DNA of 50,844 bases from Ancylonema sp. (Eukaryota), in contig JBFLGF010000024.1 in NCBI GenBank assembly GCA_050230475.1, forward strand, positions 62,001-112,844. Direction: 5' to 3'. The position numbers were made by a program, and so were the translations under genes. Shown here piece by piece: positions 38,390 to 50,844 of this stretch. The stretch's first letter is position 1, and each line of letters opens with the position of its first letter. The notes under the pieces were generated by a model that had not been told where the DNA came from, did no database searches, and saw nothing but the letters and a program-made list of their open reading frames with translations.

Positions 38390-41300
38390 GCTCGGTTTCG
38401 ACGACGACTTGAAACTGCATGTAGCGCAGGCTGAAGAAGGAGGTGATGAGCATGCCGACGAAGATGACGTTCACGGGGGGCCACGGGAAACGGCAGCTCG
38501 TTCTTCGAGCAACCTCTCAACTCGATCCACGTCCCTACCTTTGTCTGCACCCTGGTGTCGACGTCATGCCTCGTCAAAAGAGGTGGGCTGAGCTTCTTAC
38601 AGGTGCCCACGGGTCCTGAATTGAAGAAGGGGAATGTGAAATGGGCGGATGTAGTTGAACAACCTAGTGGTCTCACTTTGCTAGCCGCTACCATCATCAT
38701 GCCTGGGTCTCACAATACCACAGCAAACTTATCCACAGGCATGATCTGGCATTACAAACTGGGTCACCCCGGTGCTGATGTAATGTCAGACTTTTTCAGA
38801 CGTGGGGACATCCCTAAGTTAAGTTCAGAGGACTTAGTTGAAGTCAAGGGTTTTCAGGTTTACTGTCAGGGGAAGATGCAACAGTTGAGTCACGACAAGA
38901 ACAGCGAAGATCTAGGGACATGCCCCAAGATGGGACGCATTCACTTGGACCTCTTTCTGTTAAGCCTGCTAATGGAGGTTTCACATATGCACAGACAAGG
39001 ATTGAGGTGTCCACACGTCAGTCATTTGTCAGTCTATTGAAAACAAAGGATGAAGCACTGGACCGAGCAAAGGTCACTATACAGTTGCTCGAGGTACAGT
39101 CAGGAATACCACTACAGTCTATCAGGACAGACAAGGGTGGGGAGTATGTGTCTCAGGATTGGATGAACTACTGTGGGGGGAAGGGTATTGATATACAAAC
39201 CACAGATGCGTACAGCCCTGAGCAAAATGGCATATGTGAGAGGCTGAATAGGAATTTGACAGAAAAGATGCGTTGTATACTAATTTGGTCAGGTCTACCG
39301 AAGTCTTATTGGGATGTCGCACTCTTGCATGCAAATTGGTTAAGAAACAAAACCCCAACTAAGTCGCTCGCTGGCAAAATACCCATAGAAGTCTGGGAGG
39401 GAAAGAAGCTGGAAATGAACAAAAGTCATAACTTTGGGTGTCTGGTGCATTACTTAAAAGTGGGGGCGGACAAGAACAGGCAAGGGGACAAGTTTGCCCC
39501 TCGCACTTGCTTTAGTGTGTTTTTGGGGATGACTGCGGGGAGTGCAGGCTACAACGTGTTCGACCCTCATAGGGCGGGGGTGATAGCGCGCACGGACGTG
39601 CGGTTCTTCTAGGAGGTGCCGGGGTACCCGAACTGATGGGGGGGAGAGCTCCCGAGGTTGAGGCCAACGCAGAGAAACACTTCTTCTATCTGTTCCCCGA
39701 CACCGACGATGAGCCCCCAGCAGCAGTTGTGCCAGCAGCAGCAGTTTCCCCAGCCATGCCAGCAATCCTGCCCGCAGTGCCAGCACCAGCAATTCCAGCA
39801 GCTCCCGCGCCAGCAGCTGCCAACAACCCCGCGCACGTACACCTCCAGCCACAAGCTGCTGAGGTCCCCATCGATGCGATTGAGTTGTTTGACAGCGAGT
39901 CGGGGATCAACAATGCAGGAGGTGGAGATGAAGGGGAGGAGGAGGTGCAAGGAGGGGGTGCAAACCCAGGAGTGGGGGAGCCAGGCAGCATAGCTGAGCG
40001 GGTCATGGCTAGGCGGAGGGCCAACTTTGCGCAGTATGGGGACATTCTGTGATGCGATGGGGAGGAGTTCGACGACGACGCTCATGCCAGTTATTCAGCA
40101 ACCGAGTGGGAGCCCAGTTGTTTCTTTACTGGCTTCAACGGTCCTGTGGATCCTGGCTACGCTTGCGTCGCATCGTCCAACAACTCCTCCGAGCCGCTCA
40201 CCCTCAACCATGCCATGAGGAGACCAGACTGGGACCAGTGGGACAGAGCCATCATCGAAGAGCTTGCTGCCCTGGAGACGTTCAACACCTTCGAGGTGTG
40301 TGTCCTTCCTCCAGGTAAAAAGGTTGTGGGATGTTGCTATGTTTTTAAGGTCAAAATCACATTTAAGGGGGATATTCAAAGATATAAAGTCAGACTGGTC
40401 GCACAAGGATTCTTACAGCGAAAAGGGATTGACTATAATGAAGTATTTGCACCAGTTATTGACAGTACATCTATCACCCTATTCTTCGCTATAGCAAACC
40501 ACTTTGACTGGGAACTGGAACAGATGGACGTAATCACAGCGTTCCTGTATGGACGTCTGGAATAAGAAGTATATATGAAAATACCACCGCGTATGTATAT
40601 TGAGGGGGGTGTTGAGGGCAAGGTCTTGCGACTGAAGGGTGCTTTGTACGGACTGAAACAGAGTAGCCACGTCTGGCAGGAAATGTTTAGGAAATTCATG
40701 CTTGCTCAAGGGTTCAAACAGTGTGTCATGGATACTTGCATCTACATGAGGGGGGAGGGAAATAACAGAATCATACTAGGCATTCATGTTGATGATCAGG
40801 TCATAACAGGTCCTAACGCCATGGTGGTGAAAATATTTAGGGGGGACATGGGAAAAAATTCAAGGTCAAGGATCTGGGTCCCCTAACCCATATCCTGGGG
40901 TTGGAAGTGAAAAGAGACAAATCGAGAAGACTGCTCACACTGGGACAGCCGGGCTTCTTGAGGGGGGTGCTTGAACGGTACGGAATGGACGAGTGTAATC
41001 CAACTAAACTCCCACTCGCCCCTAACACACAGTTTACGCAAGATGATGAACCAAACCTTCTCCCTACCCCTGAAGAAATAGCAGGCTTTCGAGGAAAAGT
41101 GGGATCTCTCATTTACGCCATGAAACAAACCAGACTGGACATCGCATATGCACTAGGGGTACTCGCTAAACACATGAGTAATCCTGGGGTCGCACACATA
41201 AGGGCTTTGCATCAACTGATATTCAGATACTTGAAAGGGACTGTCAACCACGGACTGACGTTTGTGGGAGAAGACAACTTTGAAGTCAAGGGTTACTGCG

Positions 41301-41728
41301 ATGCATCTTGGAACAACTGCAGCATGACAGGAAAGTCAGTCACTGGATGGGTCACCACGGTTGGGGGGACAGCACTTTGGAAGTCACAGAAACAGTCCAC
41401 CGTTGCACAGAGCACTGCTGAGGCTGAATACATCGCTCCCTGTAGTGTATCTAAGGAATGCTGTTATCCAAAGTCTCTCTTGAAAGAACTCAAGTTTCCC
41501 AACCAAATCACTATCCACACTGATTCCACAGCAGCCCTCTCCATGATCCAGAACCCCGTGCAAAGGCAGAAAGCAAAACATTTTAACGTCGTGTACCACT
41601 GGGTCCGGGAATGCCACAGCACTGGGCTGAAGAATGTGTACCTTGCAGGGGCAAATCAACCAGCAGATATGCTAACCAAGGCTCTCCCACAGGTTCTACT
41701 GGACAGACACAGCAAATGTCTAGGTTGA
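38390..41728 (+). mobile_element. Degenerate Ty1/copia retrotransposon pol (GAG-pre-integrase, integrase, RT, RNase H); 5' part and LTRs not identified
   Basis: WHYKLGHPG, IRTDKGGEY, PEQNGICERLNR, YKVRLVAQGF, MDVITAFLYG, ALYGLKQS, HVDD, YCDASW, STAEAEYIA and QPADMLTK, in INT-RT-RH order. Stops (39610, 40050, 40563) and frameshifts are present. Confidence 0.95.
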
Positions 41729-44119
41729 ACTGGGAGTGTCAGTCTTTTCTTTTATTTTATTCTGGGAGGTTTCAAATGCCATGTTGGCAGGGGGTGTGCA
41801 TGTTGTTGGGAGGGGGTGTGTTTTGTGTTTTCTTCATGCAGAAGTACACTTGGGGAGGGCACAACAACTTCAGCCCATCCAAAGTCACACTCTTGCCTTA
41901 ACACCTCCTAAAAACACTTAAGGACAGATCAGAAAGTGCAGATCTGCTCAGGTTTAAAGTTGTCAGTTTGTTCTGAATTTCGGAATTTATATTTCCATAA
42001 ATGTTGCAAAACTTGTGTCAAAATTTGGTGCTGATCGGTTCGGCAGTTTTGAATTTATGCTATTTTTAAATTTCTTCACTGTACAGTGAAAAAGTGAAAA
42101 GTTGAAAAAGTGAAAAAGACAAAAGTATTTTTTCTTAAGTTTTTGTTTTTCGCCTAACTTGTGGCATTTGTTTGTTTGTTCAGGGCTTCGGCCCGAAAAA
42201 CGACTAAGGTGCTGGAGCGCTCGGCTGCAAGACTTCCTATCGGCTGAGTTTTTTAGATAGCCCCCCCTAGCACGCTTGTATGCTAGGGAAGACCACAATA
42301 CTTCATATGCAATGGTTCCGCCATGATTTAGCCGTAACTAGGGTAGTCCCTTGGATGTCCACATCTATTCCAACTTTAGCATGGAATACGAGGGGGTGTG
42401 TAGGAATATTGGATAGCCATGCCTTATGCTTGCTAGTCCAGTTGTGACCGGTTACTCTAATAACCGGGCGCCATATTCCTAGATGTGCTTATATGCGGGG
42501 CCGGGCACGATTGTGTCCGGGCACCTGATCTGTTGTCAGCTTGATGTCGACACCTAGAGTCGTTAATAGCGGTTGGCATGCTTGACGGTGTTTTGATTGG
42601 TTTGATCTAGTCATGTCAGGAGTGTCCGGCATGTGCCGTTGATACATAGATGAGTTGTCACTCAAGGATAGGCCGACGGTCAATTGTACCGACCGTCGGC
42701 ATACAACGATCTGTAAAGCGCATCGGGTATTACCATCCCCGAAGCGATCACAATAATTAATTCGTTCCACACACGCAACTCTTGTCTTCGTTGATCATCA
42801 GTGATAGAGATCCTTTGCGTACGGTTCGTTTTGTCGCCCACCAAATCTCCTGCACGTCCTAATCGCTCACTTAATGTTCCTTCTTCCGCTCGTCAGTTTA
42901 TAGTAGATTCGTGTAGGTTGAATCCCTACTGACCACTCAATAATGTAATTCAAGCACGGTATGTGACTTATCAACGAAGTTTGCCGTAGCTACTACTCGC
43001 CGAAAGCTGAGATGCACTCAACGCTTAGTGGTGGGAGGTCTAGAAACAACACTCTGGTTAATCAGGCGTTGCAGGTTACAGCACTTCACAACAGGTGACA
43101 GCTACTGATAAAAAGAACGCAAGGCCAATAGCTATAGAGTTTCTACAAGGGTGCAAAATGAAGGATAGTTGGTTGCGACGGGGTGCGCACTCACTATTGG
43201 TTTCGAGAATCAAACTTTGTCGTGAATAAAACGATTCACTAGATCTGGAACGGGTGCAAGCATCAAAGGGCGAATTGTCTGACTGAGCGTGCACGAAACG
43301 GTGCAGCTAATAGTAACGATTTCTAACGTCAGCAAAACGGCTGACAATCAACGACTTGCAAGGGTCACGAATTTTGCAAGGGTAACGATAATTCTGACTA
43401 CGGCAGAATTTCACACGATGCGTATGCGAAACGGCACACGACTTTTTGTACTACTTGAGATGCGACCAGCACGCACAAGCAAAACAAGCAATTTTCGAAA
43501 AACTTACGGCTGGATGGAGCGACGCGAAGTTTGCATAAATTCATAGAGAATATCAAACGCGAAATGGCACACTTGATAACGATTGTTGACGATTGCATGC
43601 AGAATACATGAATTTACAGAGATTGCAAAGATAGCGATTGCAAAGAGGTGTTGAAATTCAGACAGCGTAAAGTGACAGCGGAAGTTGGCAGTTCAGAAAA
43701 CGACTTAGGCTTTCGTACAAATCGACGCGCCGTTTCACACGCGCGTGATCTAGATCTTATCTGCGATCTATGGTCGAAAAAAAATATCGACTAGACAGCT
43801 GATCGTGACGGTCTATTCTAGAGTTCCAGATTTAACACGTGCAGCGGTTCAAACGCCAGGCTGGCTGACTGAGATAAAGCTTGGCGCGCACTCGTCGATA
43901 CGACAAAATACTCCGAATTAAAATCTAAAAACTGGTACACCGACTTTTATAGATTGACTGAGTATAAATTTTTTATCAAATAAAACGTCTGACTGATCGA
44001 AACTCATATAGCGACAGAGTTCGATATAACGACTAAAAATCGACAATTACCAAAATTTCTATTTTTCAAGCGGATCAACAATTAAAAAGACGTTACTTTC
44101 TAACGATCTCTAGCGGCAT

Positions 44120-47100
44120 GATATTACAGATCCATGTAGTCAACACTTTCATTACCGCGTCGACTAGCATAAACAAGGTACACACCGTGCCTTAATTCCA
44201 GTCAAATACACCTTGCCACACGCGGAATCGTGACACTGTCAGTACATGGACGAAGGCGTTACTTACACTTCTACTGACACATTCATGCAAATTCCGAACG
44301 AGGATCTGTTACATTCAACAGAAGAAGCCGAAATTTTGACAGAATTTGAGTTTCGTATCATGGAAGAAGGTGTATACCACGAACCACAAAATTTTCCGGA
44401 TGGACCCATCGACAATGAGTACCAACCTCAGATGCAGGAATGGGAAACCAATACCATGGTTTACCTTGCTACAACCAAACATACAAACATTCGTCAAGCG
44501 CATCGACCACAACTTAATGCGGCAGCCAGAACAATGGCACAAGTAAATGAGCACCATGCAGTCAACAGACGTACAACCTTGCGTATCAACAGCGCACAGT
44601 ATTTACGCAAGGCCATCGACAAAATACAAAACCAGCCATTACCACAATGGAACGCATGGAAAGGTATACCGATTCGCGATGCTGTACCAATTGATCCATC
44701 TTATACATCACGCTTACAACCCAAGGCGCTGCAAGATGGTCTACACATTTGGGAACCATTTGGTGGCATGAGTTGCAGTGGCGCCATCATGCACCTTGAG
44801 GCTGGAAACAACATTGATACATATACCCACAGTGACATTGACCGAGATGCACGTGACATCACTCGTGCCACATTACCCAAACTTCAAGTTCGATACCCAA
44901 GACAATTGCCAACCAGTGCAATCAAAGGTTTCGATACTCGACTTTCTCATGATATTTCCAAAATATCAAACGAAATTCTGTATGAACTGATCCTACAACG
45001 AGGACCTATTGACTTCATCTTCGCGGGATGGGACTGTCAGATGGTCAGCAAATCCGGACAAGGCAAAGGCTACTATGATCGACAATTTCCATACTTCTTT
45101 GACCTCATCCGAGCCATCAACCATCTCATCAGAGTCCAAAAATACCCACCAGTATTTATCTTGGAAAACACATATCCATTTGGAGATCTGGTGAAGGAAA
45201 GTCGGGATACAACGACACTCATCAAGTCCTTTCTGGGCTTTCCAGCAGTTTCCGACGCATACAGTTTCGGTAGCACAGCCCACCGTGTTCGATGAATTTG
45301 GAAAAACTGGATATCACCAGATGTATTGGAACTGGCTATTCTTGACACCCCGGAATTACCACCATTGTCAACCATTCTTGAACCACATCATCGACCTAAG
45401 AAGGTACTCAAAGATGATGAACCACCATTCACCCCGGTTAACAAAACCGGAGAACTACGTTGTGCACTACTGATACTTGTTTTATACTCAGGTAGTTACC
45501 AATTTAAGTTTCAAGGGTACAATCAACCAGGCCCCGGAATGCTTTACAACACGGAAAAACATGACTACGAGGAAGCGAATGTCTGGGAACGTGAGCGACT
45601 CATGGGTTTTGACAATGGAGATACATGTGCACCCAGCATTTCGGAGAACACTCGGAAAGCAATGATGGGACGCACGATGGATCGCAACATGGCTAAATGG
45701 TTGGGAGGCATTCTTATGGCTATACATGCACTTCCGTCTTACAGCCTCGCATATGGTACACACCCAACCTTACCAACCAAGAAAAGTGGGGGGGGCAACT
45801 ACTCTATTGCTCCATTATACCACACACTTCGTTACGACTCTGGGACTAATGAATTTTACAATAATAAGAATCACTAGCATGACACTTCATATGAGCAACG
45901 CCAACTCGCTCAGGATGCAATTCCTATCACTCAAGCACTATTGAGTGAAACCGATTACCAATCAACAATTGTCACTGATGACAACGTGATTCCATCCAAC
46001 CCAGATTCACAACCAAAAACTGAGGTGAAACCCATTACATGGAAAATTGGCAACAAACTTACGGAGGAACAAAAACTTCAAGTTATTGACCTTCTAGAGG
46101 AAAACCGCGATTTCTTTGCATTTTCTCTCGAAGAGTTACTTCCATCAAACAATACTCCTATGGAAAATTATGTTGCAAACAGCTCAACCAATTTTTCAAA
46201 ACTCCCATCGTCTTTCTGACACCGAATGGAGTTTTGTTCGAGAAACCTGTCAAAAACTCTTAGAACTAGGCATGAATCGCAAAAGTGACAGTAATAATTA
46301 CGCCTCGGCAACCGTCGTGGTACGAAAGAAGGACGAGAATGGACAACCAACGGACTTTCGCCAATGTGGTGATTATATAGACCTATCAACAACCACACCC
46401 AACAAGACAAGTATCAGCTTCCAAGAATTGAGGACATCTTTCAAGACATGAAAGAAGAAATCTTTACCAAATTGGATTTACGACAAGGATACCACCAGAT
46501 CCCTATCTCTGAAACGGACAAATGCAAGACTGCATGTTGGGGAGCTGACCGTCAACTTTATGAATGGAATGTCGTACCATATGGAATAAAGAATGCACCA
46601 CCATTCTTACAACGTACCATGGACCGAATTTTGGCAAGACTCCGCAACTCGCGATGCTACATTGATGACATCAGCAACTGGAGCAATACTTCCGAGGACC
46701 ACCTCCAACACCTTCGACAAGTCTTTCATCGCCCTCGGTAGTTCAAATTGAAATGTCATCCAGGTAAGTGTTTATTCTTTGCAGATGAAATCGATTTTTT
46801 AGGCCATAAGATTTCTGGGAAAGGTATTGCACCACAAGATGAGAAGACCAGAGCCATTAAGGATATGCCGACACCTAAGGATATTCATCAACTTCGTGCT
46901 GCTCTAGGGTTGTTTTCCTATTACCGTAAGTTCGTTCCACACTTCTCCACGATTGCTTCTCCACTCAACGGACTTCTAAAAGGGGATGTCAAATGGCATT
47001 GGGATGAGACTCAAGAAACAGCCTTTATCACACTCAAACAAGCCCTTTGTTCAGAGCCAGTGCTCCGCAGACCAAATACCAATAAACCATACTTGCTAGC

Positions 47101-48855
47101 CACCGACTGGAGTGCACATGGTTAAGGTGCCGTTTTGAGTCAGACAGATGATGATGGTACCGAATATGCAGTCGCATTTGCTAGTCGCAACAATGCGGAA
47201 CGGAATTACAGCAGCTTCCACTGGGAGTGTCTTGTTGTAATTTGGGCAGTGCAATATTTTCGTCAATTTCTGATTTTGTTTGGTAAACCATTTACCCTCA
47301 TTACCGATCATGCACCCCTCAAATGGATCATGACAACAACCAAACTCATCGGCAAACTTGCGCGTTTGGTTCTTCTACTCCAAGAGTATGAATTTGAAGT
47401 GATTCATCGCCCCGGTGTTGCAAACTCCAATGCCGACGGGTGCACTCGTTGTCCACTACCAAAGACAGCCACTGACAACCATGAGATTGAAACATTTGGG
47501 GAGAAAACACCTTGCTACTACATGCAAACTTCACCCACGGGTCAAAGTCCACCATCATACATTCTGAGTTTTCACCAAGGTACACCACCACCAGAAGATG
47601 TCAAAGTGGACATTTGGGATGATAATGCCACAATGACAGTCCTCAAAATTCATGCATACTTACCAAACTTGAGACCACAACAAAGAGACCGTACATACCG
47701 ACGGGCTCTCAAATACACATGGATGGGGAAATATGTTTACAAAATCCCTACCTCTGGTCAGATGAAAATCGTTCCACTACCACCAGAACGAATTCCTCTG
47801 ATCAATACCATGCACACACGATACGGTCATTTTGGGGTTAAACGCGTGCTCCACGCTTTACAACATGATTACTGGTGGCATGGGATGGGTGTTCATGTCA
47901 TTCAAGTCATCAACGAATGTCCAGCATGTTCTCGAGCAAAAACAAACTTTGTTGATTGACGTACTCAACTACAACCATTACCAATTCGGGGACTCTTCTA
48001 ACGATTGGGAGATGACTTCGCTGGACCTATGCCAGAAAGTACACGTAAAAACCAATACGTTATGATCTGCATTGAACATTTCACCAAATGGGTTGAACTT
48101 ATCGCCTTACCTGACAACTCTTCAAAATCAGCAGCACATGCGTTACTCACTCATGTCCTTTCTCGTTTTGGAGCCCCTGGTGAAATCATCACCGACCAAG
48201 GCGCGGAATTTGAAGGGGCATTCACCGACTTACTTGTCGGACATCGAGTTACAACATCGTTACTGCAGCCCGGGAACACCCACCATCTGATGGGTTAGCA
48301 GAACGCATGGTTCAAACGATGAAACTATCTTTAAGGAAAATCCTCCTAAAAGAACATCGCACGGATTGGGACATTTACTTACCTTATGTCGCCATGGGAT
48401 ACCGCATGACAAAACAGGCCTCCACCGGGTATTCGCCATACTATTTGCTGTATGGAAGACATCCTATCCTCCACGCACAAATACAGGCAGCTGAACATGA
48501 CCCCTTACCTGAGGCACTCAAAGCATTACCAAAATTCATTCAAGAACGCACTAAACTATTTGAAGAGGTTATGCCTCTCGCAATGCGCAACCTTGACATT
48601 GCACAACAACGAGACAAGCATCAATACTTTCGTGTCCACAGTGGCGCATGGGCCCGACCTCGTCCTAGACTCCTCAAACATCAATATGTTTATGTGAAAC
48701 GTCAAACCAAAGGCACACTTGACATCAAAACACATCAACAAATCCTCCGGATTACACAAATCCGACGATCTGGAAATGTACAGTTACAGGGCAAAGATGA
48801 ACGCCGCATCTGAAACAGATGATAAACATTTCACCCTGCAGCCTCTCCATCAAAC
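44120..48855 (+). mobile_element. Degenerate Ty3/gypsy-type LTR retrotransposon pol: DNMT, RT, RNase H, integrase
   Basis: RT motifs YASATVVVRKK, KLDLRQGYHQI, PYGIKNAP, YIDD, KC..FLGH. RNase H motifs ATDWS, AERNYSS..ECL..IWAV, TDHAPL, NADG. Integrase zinc finger H..YGHFG...CPAC and core DFAGP, IEHFTKW, TDQGAEF, GLAERMV. Order is RT-RH-INT, with several stops and frameshifts. Gag and LTRs were not found. Confidence 0.93.
44246..45720 (+). pseudogene. C5 cytosine DNA methyltransferase domain embedded in the Ty3/gypsy pol
   Basis: Motif I WEPFGG, II HSDID, III HDISKI, IV IDFIFAGWDCQMVS, VI FILENT, VIII AHRVR*IWKNW, IX ERERLMGF and X MGRTMD, in canonical order. A single in-frame TGA at 45293 interrupts it. 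Confidence 0.88.
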
Positions 48856-49594
48856 ATGACTAGACAAAATCTCCTCGCTCAATCCATGCGGAAGTTGCTT
48901 GAAGATGGCACATTCACCGATGTGATTGTTGAAACGAAGGGGAGCGGAAATGTCAAGGCGCACCGACTTGTCTTGGTAATATATTTGAATGACAAATCGA
49001 ACATGAATCTCCATTGCGATTAGTAATTTGATTAGTTTATGTATGTTGTCATATCCATGTTGCTTAATATCAGGTTCAAGGCTCAACGCAATTTTTATTG
49101 TTCATGCGCATTCTTGCGGAGTGCGATGTCGCCTGTGTTTCAAAAAATATTTGACGAAAACATGATGGAATCGCGAACAAAGGTGGTCATCATCGATGAT
49201 TTTCCTAGGCCAGCGGTCGAGGCGTTGGTGGATTATTTCTATCACCAGAAACTGACGACACATGTTCTTGACAAGTACTCCGCGGATATGTGGGGCCCTC
49301 GGTGACAAATACCAAGTGGAATCTCTTCAAAAATACATCTTAGCAGTCCTACCGGAAATTGTGACGGTCGAGAATGTCATAGATCTGATTTCGCGTGCCG
49401 ATGAACTTAGCGCAATGGATATTAAGGACTATTGTTTGAAGTACATGCTATTGCACGCGGAAACCATCCCCGACCAAGAAGAAAAACTAAAATCACGTCC
49501 TTATCATTTGTACAAGGAGTTCTTTTGGCTATTGGTCCGGTGTCCAAAAATCTATTTTGATTCTCGTTATAGCAAGATTTTTTTTGAAATTTAA
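48856..49594 (+). pseudogene. BTB/POZ-BACK (SPOP-like) protein pseudogene; exon 1 48856-48975, exon 2 49120-49594
   Basis: LLEDGTFTDVIVETKGSGNVKAHRLVL|SAMSPVFQKIFDENMMES..VIIDDF..AVEALVDYFY..(MW)ALGDKYQVESLQKY..VTVENVIDL..A....DIKDYCLKY. There is a GT donor at 48976, the acceptor reads CGG instead of CAG at 49117-49119, and a +1 frameshift lies in the G-run near 49292. Confidence 0.85.
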
Positions 49595-50844
49595 TATTGT
49601 GTGAGTTCCTCTTGTTTTTTTTTTTTTTTCCCCGTCCGTTATCCAATATAATCCATAGTAGCATCGTATAACGTATAGTATCTATAGCTTCGTTATTAAA
49701 TGTAGCTTTAACGATTGAGCTTTCAAGAAAGCCGACGGTGACGATGTGAAAGTGAAGTTGCGCAATCGATTTCAACTTCCATTGAAAGATGTTGGTGGTT
49801 TGGTAAAACTGGTAAAACTACCTCGTGGCTTGACCTTGCTATAAATTTAAACACTGCCCGTAACGCTACCGGTCCATTTGTATGAAGCTTATCAATCGAT
49901 AAGAAACATACGAGCCTCAATTATGGAATATTTACGTACATATGATGTATGGGTATGTGTATATGCATGTGTATGTGTCTGTTGAAACGTAACAAGCAAT
50001 CATCAACATATTGCCTACTTGGTATTATAAACAAGCAAAGTACTCTCAACAAGTGGAATGCTCACCCCTAGTATGTGTGTACAACAAGTCGACATTCCTT
50101 TCATCACTTTCATCACTTTCAGCACGGCAATTGGGCAATGATCGCTAATTGCAACTCAATTGCTTGCTATAACACCGGTCGTGTCGGAAAAGACTTGCTG
50201 GTTTTGCAGCTTTACATTTCGCGTATTGCGGACCAATCACCGAGACTTATGTATCTTTTATATCTTTTATATAATTGTCGTAAATTAAGGGCGGAGAAAA
50301 AGTTACACATGGGTAACATTGAAAGACTAAGTAACATCCGAATAGTTAATCTATCGGAGAATATGCAAAAGTGAGTGTGCTCAAGGCTAAAATTATTACT
50401 TGACGTATTGTTTGCTAATGACCATGTAAACCATTTGTATAAGGTCAATGACTGCAATGAAAGCTAGAACTACAAGTTCGTAATATGATATAATCCGCAA
50501 GTAGGCAAGTCACAAAATCGATGTTACTAACTATGTATGGCAATGTCTTTCGACAACTTTAGTTGTTGGTTGAATACGGTGCGTCATAGTTGGGCCAAAT
50601 CCCGCTCGCCTCCCATGAGAGCCGGATCTGAACCAATTCGGAGATTACCCAATCATATGAGGCCTAAGTAGGCATTTTTGTTCATTGATTGTCAAAGAAA
50701 CTCGACTGATTGGGTTTTTAAGGCCAAATTTGAGGCATACGGACTTTCTTTTTTTATCAAAATTTTAAAAGGACATTTTTTAATGATATGACCCCAAAAA
50801 TGGGAAAAAAAAATCCAGATGACCAAATGACCGATGGGTCAATG

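Noticed and set aside
39636..40052. Ala/Pro-rich 138-aa ORF as a cargo gene in the copia element
   Set aside because: It sits where the usual disordered linker between integrase and RT lies.
41730..41920. 3' LTR of the copia element
   Set aside because: Purine-rich PPT-like tracts exist near 41730-41820, but no matching second LTR or TG...CA boundary with a TSD could be found.
44246..45720. Bacterial restriction-modification methylase or contamination
   Set aside because: It is in frame with a gypsy RT, has no cognate restriction endonuclease gene, and is embedded in eukaryotic intron-containing DNA.

Overview
This is eukaryotic nuclear DNA from a plant-lineage genome, most likely a streptophyte alga or other early-diverging streptophyte (inferred from the gene families and GT-AG introns). 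It contains five spliced host genes: a membrane-anchored RING E3 ligase (+), a group-3 LEA-like protein with duplicated exon pairs and an ABRE/TATA promoter (-), a DRG1/Rbg1-type GTPase (-), a RING-WD40 protein (-) and a divergently transcribed DUF3475/DUF668 PSI-like protein (+). Transposons include a degenerate CRE-like non-LTR retrotransposon plus a second 3' fragment of it, several hAT-like and Tc1/mariner-like MITEs (one filled with telomere-like repeats), and a degenerate Ty1/copia element. The most notable feature is a degenerate Ty3/gypsy pol carrying a C5 DNA-methyltransferase domain in frame ahead of the reverse transcriptase, directly followed by an intron-containing BTB/BACK pseudogene. 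Exon boundaries were read by eye, and no database searches were possible.
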